Shown here: positions 28,401 through 38,132 of the stretch, one piece after another
How the letters are laid out: the number at the start of each line of letters is the position of its first letter
Position numbering within the stretch: the stretch's first letter is position 1
Source of the DNA: Spirochaetota bacterium
Lineage (GTDB): Bacteria; Spirochaetota; UBA4802; UBA5550
Direction: 5' to 3'
NCBI GenBank assembly: GCA_003246895.1
Contig: QKCL01000048.1
Location: 55,019-119,018 of the forward strand
DNA length: 64,000 bases
Notes under the pieces: generated by a model
Told to the model about the DNA's origin: nothing
Database searches by the model: none
Seen by the model: the letters and a program-made list of their open reading frames with translations, nothing else
Position numbers and translations under genes: made by a program

Positions 28401-30056
28401 TCAGAGACTCACTATTGAGTCTCTGCCGTTCTCCTTGGCCGAGTACAAAGCCCTGTCTGCTCTTGTTATTGTTTTTTCAATCTTCTCATCTTTTATGTAT
28501 TGGGTAACTCCAAAACTCACCGTTGATTTGAAGTTATTTTCTGTGCATTTACATTCAGCTGATTTAACGCCGTTTTTTATCCTTGTTAAAATTTCAACCG
28601 CCCCGGCCAGGTCGGTTCTTGTGAATAGGAAAAGAAATTCTTCCCCGCCCCAGCGTGAAATGTAGTCGGTATCCCTGCTGCATTTCCTGAATATTTCGGA
28701 AACGCTCATAAGCAGCCTGTCCCCGCAGTCGTGTCCGTATGTGTCATTCACGGATTTGAAAAAGTCCAGGTCCGCAATTGCTATGCAGAAACTATCGGTG
28801 TATCTTTTGTATATTTTCTCCTCCTCGACCATTATCTCAATCATTCTTCTTCTGTTTAAAAGACCTGTCAGTGGGTCAGTATTGGCGTTAGACTTAACCT
28901 GGTGGTGCAGGAGGGCATTCTGCATTACAATACCCATTTGTTCCCCAAGGTATGTGAAAAATTCTTTGTCCATAAATGAGGTTTTTTCATGGGAAGTGTA
29001 GATTATTGTAATGGCTCCTAGAATATTGCCAGAAGCCCTGATCGGAACCGCTGCAATATGTTTGACACCATGTTTTTTGAATTGTTCTGATAGAGCTGAT
29101 TCAGGGTAGTTATTAATATCTGTTTCAACAATATCATTTATCTCTATTGCTTTTCCAGTTACGCCAGTGCCTGCTTTAAAAGAGAGCGGCTGGCTTTCCG
29201 TTGTATCATGGAGAGTGTAGACCATGGTGTAGTTACTGCCTGTTCCATCGGAAAGGAAAATTCCGCCGGCATCAATATGCATTGTATCTTTTAAAATTTC
29301 CTTTATTTTTGGGTACAGTTCTTTCAGATCCAGATAAGGTGCTGTAGAGTTCAGGAATGAAAAAAGATTTCTCAGCTTTTCTTTTTCCATAGTCAGTTTT
29401 ACTGTCTTTCCATGGAGAGATGCCCAGAACATTCCCAGCGTAAAGCTGATCTGATATGTCATGTGGTATATAAATGAAAATGATGTGGTAAGGTTTTTCT
29501 GGTAAAGTGATGTCAGGCCCATGCTCTCTCTATATGTAAAAAGTACACGGGCGGTATAAAATACTGCTGAAACAGCAAACAGGGCAAAGAGGCTTTTGTT
29601 TCTTGTCCTGAGCCTGGAAACCGGACTGCTTTTATGTTCAGTGAGCAGTAATGCGCCGTATGTGAAGTTGGCTGCAAGCATAACGGATATTATGATTATA
29701 CGAGCCGGTGTATTGAACTGTCCGTAGGTGAAGTAGAGAAAACCCGTCATGTACGCACATGATGATATCAGTGCGTAGTAAAGACTTATTCTTTTTTTGC
29801 CATATTCAATTTCCGAGGCGGATAATATCTGAAAAAATGAACTCATGAGTATTAAATAGTTGGAAATGATGATTGATATAAAAATGCTTACATAGCTCTG
29901 AAGACTCAGCAGCAGAAAACCTGTAAATGCACATATGCTTGAAATTCTCCAGTCCCTGTGCCCTGGGTCTTCTTTTTTTGTGGTAGCCATAACTGTAAAA
30001 ACTGCAGTGATCAGAAGAGTGAGATTCAGCATTATTACAATAGTCCGGTTATCCAT
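28401..30056 (-). CDS. Membrane-bound GAF-domain diguanylate cyclase
   Basis: N-terminal TM helices, GAF-like middle, DLDFFKSVNDTYGH and RDTD-YISRW-GGEEF. Confidence 0.9.
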   Translation of the reverse strand: MDNRTIVIMLNLTLLITAVFTVMATTKKEDPGHRDWRISSICAFTGFLLLSLQSYVSIFISIIISNYLILMSSFFQILSASEIEYGKKRISLYYALISSCAYMTGFLYFTYGQFNTPARIIIISVMLAANFTYGALLLTEHKSSPVSRLRTRNKSLFALFAVSAVFYTARVLFTYRESMGLTSLYQKNLTTSFSFIYHMTYQISFTLGMFWASLHGKTVKLTMEKEKLRNLFSFLNSTAPYLDLKELYPKIKEILKDTMHIDAGGIFLSDGTGSNYTMVYTLHDTTESQPLSFKAGTGVTGKAIEINDIVETDINNYPESALSEQFKKHGVKHIAAVPIRASGNILGAITIIYTSHEKTSFMDKEFFTYLGEQMGIVMQNALLHHQVKSNANTDPLTGLLNRRRMIEIMVEEEKIYKRYTDSFCIAIADLDFFKSVNDTYGHDCGDRLLMSVSEIFRKCSRDTDYISRWGGEEFLFLFTRTDLAGAVEILTRIKNGVKSAECKCTENNFKSTVSFGVTQYIKDEKIEKTITRADRALYSAKENGRDSIVSL

Positions 30057-30282
30057 TAACTTTACTCCTATGCCTTTAAAGTATTACTTATGCATGGTAA
30101 AAGCAATATGGACTCTAAAATGTTATAAAAAAATATAATGCGGGTTTGCCCTTAGCTGTAGAATCCGATGCTGATGTATGGTGTGGTTTCTGCCGTTATT
30201 TTTTATATATGGTGCTTCTTTAATGGAGTTGACTTTTTGTATATGCTGCTCAAGATTGAAAATAAAAAAATGAAGAGGTTGT

Positions 30283-30717
30283 ATGAAGAAAATAGCTCTG
30301 GCATTGGCTGTACTTTTCTGTTCAGTATCATTTTCCTTCGGGAGCGGAAATGTTCCGGCCGATGTAAAAATTGTCACAACAAAACTTAATAAGATTTTTT
30401 CAAATTATTACAATTCAATACTTAAGGCACAGAACGCCAGGCAGTTTGCATCTGCCATGAACAGGTATACCGATGACTTTTCAAAACTGCTGCCTGAACT
30501 CAAGGCGATTGAGAAAAAGTATAAGGGAAAAAATATTCCCGATGTGGAATACAGTTTTGAAGATTTTCAAAAGGAATGCGCGGGTGTAATGTCAGATGAA
30601 AAACTTGAACAGGCCTACAGTAAACATGCGAAGTACTATTCTGATCCGGAAGTACAGAAGGCAATGAACAGGATGATGCAGGTAATGCAGCAGTTCGATA
30701 CGGAGGATGAAGAATAA
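30283..30717 (+). CDS. Secreted hypothetical protein
   Basis: GAGG SD and signal peptide MKKIALALAVLFCSVSFSFG. Confidence 0.75.
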   Translation: MKKIALALAVLFCSVSFSFGSGNVPADVKIVTTKLNKIFSNYYNSILKAQNARQFASAMNRYTDDFSKLLPELKAIEKKYKGKNIPDVEYSFEDFQKECAGVMSDEKLEQAYSKHAKYYSDPEVQKAMNRMMQVMQQFDTEDEE

Positions 30718-30761
30718 TTTTTTCCATGCATGGAGAGGGGGCTCTTTGTAATAGTGTCCCC

Positions 30762-31631
30762 TCACTTTATCTCCAGCCGTGCCCTGATCATTCCGTTTCT
30801 CACCCTGTAAAAAATAATGCTTAAAATATATGCCACGCCTGCAATAACGACTGTAAGTGAACCGGTAGGCAGGCTGAGTAGAAAACTGAGAACAAGCCCT
30901 GCGGTCATAAAGACTGCGCAGAGGCCTGCTGAAATCGCCATCATACCACGCAGTTTTTTTGTAAAGAGACCGCCGATTGCAGGAGGAATCGTAAGCATGG
31001 CTATTACCATAACTATCCCAACAATTGTAATAAGGAGCAGTATTGTAACTGAAATCAGAACTATAAGCATTATCATGAATATATTAACGTTGAGTCCCCG
31101 TATTCTTGCGAAGTCCTCGTCAAAAATGGTGGCCACTATCTGGTTATAGAATATTCCGGAGATCACTGTAATGATGGCGGCAAGCACTGTAATCAGCAGA
31201 ATATCTCTGAAAGTCAAAAGAAGTATGTTGCCGAAAAGGTAACTCATTGGGTCTGTATATCCCGGTGTAACAGACATGAATAGGAGTCCAATGGACATTC
31301 CCACTGCCCATATAGCTCCGATCACGGTATCAATTCTCTCCTTTCCCCTGATGATGGCATAGCTCAGAATTACTGACATGAGAATTGCAAATGTGAAAGC
31401 CCCTGTCATGGGGGAGATCTGTTTCAGGCCAAGAACATTATTGCAGAACAGTGCAAGTCCTATCCCTCCAAGAACTGAATGGCTAACAGCTCCCGCAACG
31501 TAACTCATTCTTTTTACAACAACGAATGATCCAATTATGCCGAAGGGAACACTGGATACAAGACCGGTGATGAGAGCATAACGTATAAATGGAACATCAC
31601 TGCTCAGGAGAGCATGAAGAAAATCTGTCAT
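30762..31631 (-). CDS. znuB: Zn/Mn ABC transporter permease
   Basis: AGAVSHSVLGG, MSYLFGNIL and FDEDFA. Confidence 0.9.
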   Translation of the reverse strand: MTDFLHALLSSDVPFIRYALITGLVSSVPFGIIGSFVVVKRMSYVAGAVSHSVLGGIGLALFCNNVLGLKQISPMTGAFTFAILMSVILSYAIIRGKERIDTVIGAIWAVGMSIGLLFMSVTPGYTDPMSYLFGNILLLTFRDILLITVLAAIITVISGIFYNQIVATIFDEDFARIRGLNVNIFMIMLIVLISVTILLLITIVGIVMVIAMLTIPPAIGGLFTKKLRGMMAISAGLCAVFMTAGLVLSFLLSLPTGSLTVVIAGVAYILSIIFYRVRNGMIRARLEIK

Positions 31632-32392
31632 CAGCTGTTTCCCCTGCCTGTGCTGTTTAGTTTTGTATCATGTCTTACTATGAAAGACTGGTTTCCATAT
31701 GAGGATGATACAATTTTGCTGAACCTGTCGTCAATTGGGTGTTCGGCGAGTGTCTTGTTTATGCAGAAAACCCTGTCAGTAATATTGGAAACAAAACCTG
31801 TGTCGTGCGTCACTATGAGTATTGTCATTTTTTTGCTCAGTTCCTTGAGAATCAGGTTCAGCCTGTTCTGTGAAGGAGAGTCAATGTTGGAAGTGGGTTC
31901 GTCAAGTAGAAGAATTTCCGCATCTGACAGTATGGATCTTGCAATGAGCATTCTCTGTATCTGCCCCCCCGAGATTTCACTGAACCTTTCATTCTTCAGT
32001 TCGCACAACTCAAGCGCTTCCATTGCTTCACTAACCCTGAGCCTGTCTTTTTTTGTATAGAAACCGAAGGGCCGCACCCGTCCTGAAAGTATAACTTCTC
32101 CCACTGTGATGGGAAATTTCCTGTCCAGAGTCATATATTGCGGAACATATCCCATGTACTTCCTTGCAGATTCGGGAGACTTTCCCTTTATGAGAACAGT
32201 CCCCGACTGAGGTTTCAGAAATCCAAGCAGGAGTTTTAAGAGAGTGGTTTTTCCTCCGCCGTTTGGCCCCACTATGGATATGATCTCTCCATGACCTACA
32301 GAGAAGGATACATCTCTGAGAATTATATTAGAGCTGTATCCGAAAGAGAGATTTTCGACCTTTATGATATGGTCACTGCTTTTTTTTACCAT
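31631..32392 (-). CDS. znuC: Zn/Mn ABC transporter ATP-binding protein
   Basis: GPNGGGKTT, ISGGQIQR, LLLDEPT and VTHD. Confidence 0.9.
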   Translation of the reverse strand: MVKKSSDHIIKVENLSFGYSSNIILRDVSFSVGHGEIISIVGPNGGGKTTLLKLLLGFLKPQSGTVLIKGKSPESARKYMGYVPQYMTLDRKFPITVGEVILSGRVRPFGFYTKKDRLRVSEAMEALELCELKNERFSEISGGQIQRMLIARSILSDAEILLLDEPTSNIDSPSQNRLNLILKELSKKMTILIVTHDTGFVSNITDRVFCINKTLAEHPIDDRFSKIVSSSYGNQSFIVRHDTKLNSTGRGNS

Positions 32393-33284
32393 CTGTAAAT
32401 GATTCCCTTATCCTTTCACCTGTCATTTTCAGGTTATTGATATAGTCCGGATTGAGGGGGTTAAGTTTTATCACCGCTCCGCCTATTGCCTTTGCAACTG
32501 CTCCGGCGCTTTTTTCTGAAAATTCAGGCTGTACAAAAATAACTTTGACCTTTTCGGTCTTTGCACTTCCTATAATCTTTGCCAGCTGCGACGGCAAAGG
32601 AGATTTTCCTCCGGTTTCAATGGCTTCCTGCTTCATGCCGTACTCATCTGAAAAATAGCCGAATGCCGGGTGAAATACAAAGATAGTTTTTCCTTTCAGG
32701 GGTGTCATGTTTTTTTTGAGCATTTCATGGAGTTTTTCAAGATCGGAAATGAGGGTGTCATAGTTTTTTTTCAGCTGCTCTTTCCTGTCCGGGATCAGTT
32801 CAGAAAGTGCTTCATAGATATTCTTCGCATGAATTTCCGCCAGTTTCGGAGACATCCATGTGTGAGGGTCTTCTGTTGTCCCGTGGTCATCATGCTCTTC
32901 ATTTTTGTTATGGCCTTGATTATCGTGATGCTCATGGTGTTCCAGAAATCTTTTTTTAATGCCTGAAGAGGTGTCGACAATTTTCAGGCCTTTGATATCC
33001 TTAATTCTGCCCAGAAATGCCTTTTCAAATGGGACACCAACGGCGAAGAAAATTTTTGATTTTGAAAGCGTCAGTACCTGATCGGGGGTAGGTTCGTATG
33101 TTGCCGGGCTTTTCCCGGGGCCCACCAGTACATTTATCTGAACTGTGTCTCCTGCAATTTTTTCAACGAAGAATTTCTGGGGCAGAATGCTTGTGAAAAC
33201 CTGAATTCTGTTGTTTCCGGGAGCTTTTCCCCCGCAGGAAATAATGGAAAGTGTAAAAAGAAAGAGTAAGAGTTTGGATTTCAT
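32373..33284 (-). CDS. znuA: Zinc ABC transporter substrate-binding lipoprotein
   Basis: Lipobox IISC, His-rich loop, DPHTWMSP and FHPAFGYF. Confidence 0.92.
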   Translation of the reverse strand: MKSKLLLFLFTLSIISCGGKAPGNNRIQVFTSILPQKFFVEKIAGDTVQINVLVGPGKSPATYEPTPDQVLTLSKSKIFFAVGVPFEKAFLGRIKDIKGLKIVDTSSGIKKRFLEHHEHHDNQGHNKNEEHDDHGTTEDPHTWMSPKLAEIHAKNIYEALSELIPDRKEQLKKNYDTLISDLEKLHEMLKKNMTPLKGKTIFVFHPAFGYFSDEYGMKQEAIETGGKSPLPSQLAKIIGSAKTEKVKVIFVQPEFSEKSAGAVAKAIGGAVIKLNPLNPDYINNLKMTGERIRESFTDGKKKQ

Positions 33285-33305
33285 TTTTCCCTCCTGTTTT
33301 TAGTT

Positions 33306-33333
33306 ATGATATATCAGGAGGCTGTTGAGTCAA
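33306..33333 (-). promoter_or_regulatory. Sigma70 promoter of znuACB
   Basis: Minus strand TTGACT-N16-TATCAT. Confidence 0.55.
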
Positions 33334-33338
33334 TCACT

Positions 33339-33359
33339 AAATGCAAGTTATTTGCATTT
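33339..33359. promoter_or_regulatory. Zur-box-like operator
   Basis: Perfect AAATGCAA-N5-TTGCATTT palindrome next to the znuA -35, overlapping the zur stop codon. Confidence 0.75.
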
Positions 33360-33761
33360 GTCGCAAATTCCGGATATGTTCAGTGATATTTCATCTATCT
33401 GGTACTCACTGTATTTACGGGAAAGTGATTTTGTTATCTGGTCTTCGATCCTGTCCAGGCAGATTATCCTTTTGCACTTTACACATTGAAAGTGCGCATG
33501 AACCGGATTGTGTATGCATGAAATTTCGAATCGGCGTATTTCTCCTTCAGAGAGAACTTCCCGGACGATCCCTTTTTTCTTAAGCTGTGTCATTATTCTG
33601 TAGATTGTGGCCTGATCCATATGTGCATCAAGATCATGTTCAATATCCTGAATGGTAAAGACCCGGCCTGTATTAATTATCTTATCAAGGACAAGGATGC
33701 GCTGTCTGGTGGCCTTTAGTTTATGCTCTTTTAAAAGAGTTTCCGCGTTGCATTTGCTCAT
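33348..33761 (-). CDS. zur: Fur-family regulator, probably Zur
   Basis: TRQR, ATIYR, HAHFQCVKC and GICDKC; directly upstream of znuACB. Confidence 0.85.
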   Translation of the reverse strand: MSKCNAETLLKEHKLKATRQRILVLDKIINTGRVFTIQDIEHDLDAHMDQATIYRIMTQLKKKGIVREVLSEGEIRRFEISCIHNPVHAHFQCVKCKRIICLDRIEDQITKSLSRKYSEYQIDEISLNISGICDKCK

Positions 33762-33885
33762 AATTTAGCTTGTAATTTTTTTTGTATATGTTATGGTTTC
33801 CTGAATTATCCGCAATGATAAAAAATTGGCAATGTTTTTTTATTCACAGCGGCAATGGAAGTTAAAAAAAGGATGGAGGTTTTGA

Positions 33886-35265
33886 GTGACCAGAAAAGAA
33901 ACAGATGTTGTGGTAATTGGTGCAGGCAGTGCAGGATCTCTGGCTGCGAGAGACGCTGCAAGGGCGGGCCTGAGAGTGCTTCTCGTGGATAAAAGGAACC
34001 GTTATGAAATAGGTAAGAAACTTACCTATGATACTCTTCCTGCCTATATATGTGATGTCGTTGATATAGAAGTGCCAAAGGGTGATGAAGTGGATATGCA
34101 CATGGAGAAACTTAAAGTTTTTGCCCCGGGCAAAAAGTACAGTTTTGAAGCTCCCCTTGAAGCATATCTTGTTGACCGGCTGAAATTCGGCCAGAGGCTC
34201 CTTGGTTATGCACTTGAGGCCGGTGCTGAACTCTTTGATGAAACAGAATTCTATGAGCCCATTGTGGACGGTGATTTTGTACAGGGAGTAAGATGCAGAA
34301 ACAGTAATACTGAACATTTTGAAGTTTATGCAAAGGTAGTAATAGACGCCAGCGGTTTTGAGCGGGCAGTATCAATATCCCTGCCGGACAGCGTTTTCGG
34401 GAGTGAGCCCCTTGATCATGAGGATATTATCTGGGGCTACAGGGAAATCCGTGATATAATCGGGAAGGATGATACTGTTCCTCCCCATGATTATCCTGGG
34501 TGGTACTGCTATATTGAAAATGACGGGTACGCCTGGGTTGTGCCTGAAAGTTCAGGACGTGGAAATATCGGCTGCGGTCTGCCTCTTTCATCGGCAAAGG
34601 AATCTCCTGAAAATATTACCAAAAGGTACTGTGAGGGTAACAGGGAAATCTTCGGTGAAAAGATCTATGAGTACGGCACAGGGCCTACTCCTTATCTGCC
34701 CATAAGAACATGCCAGCCGGAACTTGCGGGCAATGGTTTCATGGTTGTAGGAGACGCGGCATATCAGGCTTCCCCTGTATCTGCATTCGGCATGGCAGCA
34801 TCAATGGTTGCCGGAAGGGAAGCTGCATCTGCTGCCGTATCTGCCATAAAAAATGGAGACTGTACACGTGATTCCCTCTGGAAATACAATGTAGAGTACA
34901 AGAGAAACATGGGGGCAAATCAGGCGTTCATTGACCCGATGTGTATTTTTATCCAGAATGCTTCTGACAGTGAGATAGAGACTCTCATACGTAAAAAACT
35001 TATAGGCCCCTATGAGTTCAGCCTTGTATGGACAGACCAGGTCTTCACATATTCCCTCATGGATCTTGTTAAAAAGTTTTTTCTGGGATTTCCACATATT
35101 TTTCTGCTGCTGAAACTGAATTCAGTATACGGCATATGCAAAAAGATGGAGAAGCTTTACAGGAAATTTCCTGAAAGGTATAACGATTTTGAAGAATGGA
35201 ACAGAAACAGACGGGCCCTGTACTTCAGGCTTTTCAGAAGGCTGGGTCTGGACAGAAAAATCTAG
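33886..35265 (+). CDS. Geranylgeranyl-reductase-family FAD-dependent oxidoreductase
   Basis: VIGAGSAG, VIDASG, YAWVVP and GNGFMVVGDAA. Confidence 0.82.
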   Translation: MTRKETDVVVIGAGSAGSLAARDAARAGLRVLLVDKRNRYEIGKKLTYDTLPAYICDVVDIEVPKGDEVDMHMEKLKVFAPGKKYSFEAPLEAYLVDRLKFGQRLLGYALEAGAELFDETEFYEPIVDGDFVQGVRCRNSNTEHFEVYAKVVIDASGFERAVSISLPDSVFGSEPLDHEDIIWGYREIRDIIGKDDTVPPHDYPGWYCYIENDGYAWVVPESSGRGNIGCGLPLSSAKESPENITKRYCEGNREIFGEKIYEYGTGPTPYLPIRTCQPELAGNGFMVVGDAAYQASPVSAFGMAASMVAGREAASAAVSAIKNGDCTRDSLWKYNVEYKRNMGANQAFIDPMCIFIQNASDSEIETLIRKKLIGPYEFSLVWTDQVFTYSLMDLVKKFFLGFPHIFLLLKLNSVYGICKKMEKLYRKFPERYNDFEEWNRNRRALYFRLFRRLGLDRKI

Positions 35266-35408
35266 TTATCCGTTTTTTTCTTTTTCTTTTTTTTCTTCTT
35301 TTTGATCTTCAGCTCCAGCGGGCTGGAGAGTCCTGTTTTTCTGAGGGGGCAGTCCTTGCAGAATTTGCCCTCTTTTTTCCATTTCTGGCAGCATTTGCTT
35401 TTACTCAT
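35262..35408 (-). CDS. Small Cys/Lys-rich protein (48 aa), not in the ORF track
   Basis: MSKSKCCQKWKKEGKFCKDCPLRKTGLSSPLELKI-polyK-TDN; AAGGGGG upstream; stop overlaps the convergent gene's stop. Confidence 0.65.
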   Translation of the reverse strand: MSKSKCCQKWKKEGKFCKDCPLRKTGLSSPLELKIKKKKKKKKKKTDN

Positions 35409-35556
35409 CCGAGTAGTGCCCCCTTGAATATGTGCGTTTTATATTATTCTATATTAAAGCAATGTAAAAGAATCAACATTTTAAATAATTTTTATTTTCA
35501 ATGATTTCCATGATTATTATCTTCGCTAAACAGGACTAAAGTGACTTTTTTAGAAA

Positions 35557-36663
35557 ATGATGATTACAGATAAAATAAGAAAATATGCTGAGTCGCATCT
35601 CAGAAACAGACAGCATACCGATGAGGTACATAACAGAAGAATTTTACCGGCAAAACTTGCCGTTATCTCAACATTTCTGATACTGACGATTTTTCCCCTT
35701 TATGGATACTTCACAGGGAATACGCGTGCGGTGGAGGTTGAAGTTTCTCTTCTGGCTATATACACTGCCGTTTTTTTTGCACTCAGGAGAAAATATGGCA
35801 CTGTTCTGATCTGCCAGGTTGTGCTTTTTATTGTATATATTGGTCTCTTTGTGATAATCTTCATGCTGAGAGGTGAGCACTATCTTCCAATCTGGGTATT
35901 TGGTTTTCATTTGTACTCACTGGTTCTATACGGACACAGGGCCGGGATTGTGCTCTCGACTCTCCTTTTTACCTATACTGCTGCTGTAATGACATACTGG
36001 ATAGGGGAGACCACAACTTTTGAGGAGGTTGTTCGTTTTTCCGGTGTGTCACTGGTCCTGCTTACCATAGGTTATTACTATGAGTATTCAGTATACAGAA
36101 CTCTGACAAGGCTTAATGAACTGAATATTTCTCTCGGCACTCTCAGTAAAACCGATGACCTTACGGGGCTGTACAACAGAAGATATTTCAATGAAGTTTT
36201 CAGCAGCCAGATACGGATACACCGCCGCCACAGAGGATTTCTGGTGTTCATGATGCTTGATGTGGATTTTTTTAAGAAATACAACGATATATACGGGCAT
36301 CAGGCGGGGGACAACACACTCCGAAGAGTGGCGCTTTCTATGAAGAGTTCCATGAGAAGACCCGATGATTATATTTTCAGGCTTGGAGGAGAGGAGTTTG
36401 GTATACTTTTTTCTGTTGAAGACCGCGATAAAATTGCCCCGTTAGCCAGAAGGATTGTGCGTGCTGTTGAGGAACTGGAAATAGAGCATGCCGGCAGCAC
36501 TGTTTCAGATTATGTTACAATATCTGCAGGAGTATTTATAATAGATGTGGATAATAATATGACACAGCACCAGATATACAGGAAATGTGACGGCGCACTC
36601 TATATGGCTAAAAGTCAGGGACGGAACAGGTGCGTGCTTCTATTTGAGCCATGCAATGTTTAA
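35557..36663 (+). CDS. Membrane-bound diguanylate cyclase
   Basis: TM region, DVDFFKKYNDIYGH and RPDD-YIFRL-GGEEF. Confidence 0.9.
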   Translation: MMITDKIRKYAESHLRNRQHTDEVHNRRILPAKLAVISTFLILTIFPLYGYFTGNTRAVEVEVSLLAIYTAVFFALRRKYGTVLICQVVLFIVYIGLFVIIFMLRGEHYLPIWVFGFHLYSLVLYGHRAGIVLSTLLFTYTAAVMTYWIGETTTFEEVVRFSGVSLVLLTIGYYYEYSVYRTLTRLNELNISLGTLSKTDDLTGLYNRRYFNEVFSSQIRIHRRHRGFLVFMMLDVDFFKKYNDIYGHQAGDNTLRRVALSMKSSMRRPDDYIFRLGGEEFGILFSVEDRDKIAPLARRIVRAVEELEIEHAGSTVSDYVTISAGVFIIDVDNNMTQHQIYRKCDGALYMAKSQGRNRCVLLFEPCNV

Positions 36664-36694
36664 TGGGCCGAATACAATGACCAGTTAATAACCC

Positions 36695-37609
36695 TCAGGC
36701 AGTACTGGACTGTGTCTTAAAGAGGCCTCCTGAAACCAGGACAAGTCCCAGGAGAGAAAGAACGGATATCTCTGTTCCGGCTATTGTAAGATATTCCATT
36801 ACCAGTGGAACGGCAATGATGAGGCTGTTGTGAACCGGCATGAGAACTGTAATCCTTGCTCCTCCGGCAAATGCAATCTGTGTAATAAGAAAAGACAGGA
36901 AGCCCGATATGAAGCTTACGGCCAGAATCGCCCACCCTGCGGCTGTTGATGGTGAGAGACTGAAATCTCCTGCAATATTCTGGGATAAGGCTTTGAGTAC
37001 AGGGTCCATGGCTGCTGTAAATCCCGTGAGCAGTCCTGCGGAGACGGAAAAAAGTATTACGGACCTGTTCCTTTTCATTGGCTTCAGTATTATAAGTACT
37101 GAGGCAATGTATCCTGCCGAGAGAAAGAGCAGCATCCTTAAATTCATGTCAATGTATGAAACAGTACTCCGTGTCGCGTTCTCGACTCCAAGAATTACAG
37201 ATCCTGTTATCAGTATGACTGTGCCCGCGTACTGCTCCTTTGTAACTTTCTCCTTCAGAAATTTATGAGAAAATGCCATCAGTACAATGAGCCCCAGGCC
37301 GAACATGGAAGTAAAGTATGACGGCGGGGCAAATCGTCCGGAAAACATTATCAGCAGAGGCAGCATCATGTTTATTATGAGGCCGCCGATGTAGATTGCC
37401 CCTGCTTTCAGGGATTTCTTCTTCACCGGTACTGCCGTGTCATTCCTTGCGGAAACCGCATGCCTGAACAGGGTAATGCCCATCTTCTGAAGGCATTTTG
37501 AAAGGTGGAACAGGGTGGTTCCGGCGATGCCCAGGGCCATGGCTGTGAGATTTAAATATGTCTGATTTTCAGTATATGGCATCATGAAGGAATTATATAC
37601 TGTACACAT
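36695..37609 (-). CDS. Multi-pass membrane protein, DMT/NIPA-like
   Basis: About 9 hydrophobic segments; LQKMG and FLKEKV motifs; start uncertain. Confidence 0.65.
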   Translation of the reverse strand: MCTVYNSFMMPYTENQTYLNLTAMALGIAGTTLFHLSKCLQKMGITLFRHAVSARNDTAVPVKKKSLKAGAIYIGGLIINMMLPLLIMFSGRFAPPSYFTSMFGLGLIVLMAFSHKFLKEKVTKEQYAGTVILITGSVILGVENATRSTVSYIDMNLRMLLFLSAGYIASVLIILKPMKRNRSVILFSVSAGLLTGFTAAMDPVLKALSQNIAGDFSLSPSTAAGWAILAVSFISGFLSFLITQIAFAGGARITVLMPVHNSLIIAVPLVMEYLTIAGTEISVLSLLGLVLVSGGLFKTQSSTA

Positions 37610-37763
37610 CTGTTTATTTTAAAAAAAATATGAAGAATCGATGTTTAAATTTTAATATCAATATTGTCGGCCGGGCGCTTAAAAATTGCCACAAACCCTT
37701 GAAAGAAGTTCACATAGTTGTTATTATGTAAGTGAAGAATAATAAATTACCCGGGAGGAACAG

Positions 37764-38123
37764 ATGAAACATGCACCGAGAGAACACCAGAGGGTATATC
37801 TGACATTTTATCTGAGGGTATTTGAAGGAGATAACTTCCTCGGATTTCTGATTGATATATCAAAAGAGGGATTTATGGTCATGTCTGAGTTTGTTTTGGA
37901 AGAGGGGAAATGCTATAGTCTTAAAATGAAAATACCTTCATCCATGGAGTGGAAGGGGAAAAATGATACCGACAGATTTATAAAATTCAGGGCAAGATGC
38001 AAGTACTCAGAACATGATGAGGTTGACAAGGAGTTCTATGTCAACGGTTTTGAATTCAGTGAGCTTGGAGAAGAAGAGAATTTCATAATCCGCAAACTCA
38101 TTGATGAATACAGGTTAAGATAG
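37764..38123 (+). CDS. PilZ-domain c-di-GMP receptor
   Basis: RxxxR (REHQR) and DxSxxG (DISKEG). Confidence 0.88.
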   Translation: MKHAPREHQRVYLTFYLRVFEGDNFLGFLIDISKEGFMVMSEFVLEEGKCYSLKMKIPSSMEWKGKNDTDRFIKFRARCKYSEHDEVDKEFYVNGFEFSELGEEENFIIRKLIDEYRLR

Positions 38124-38132
38124 GGGGTGGCC

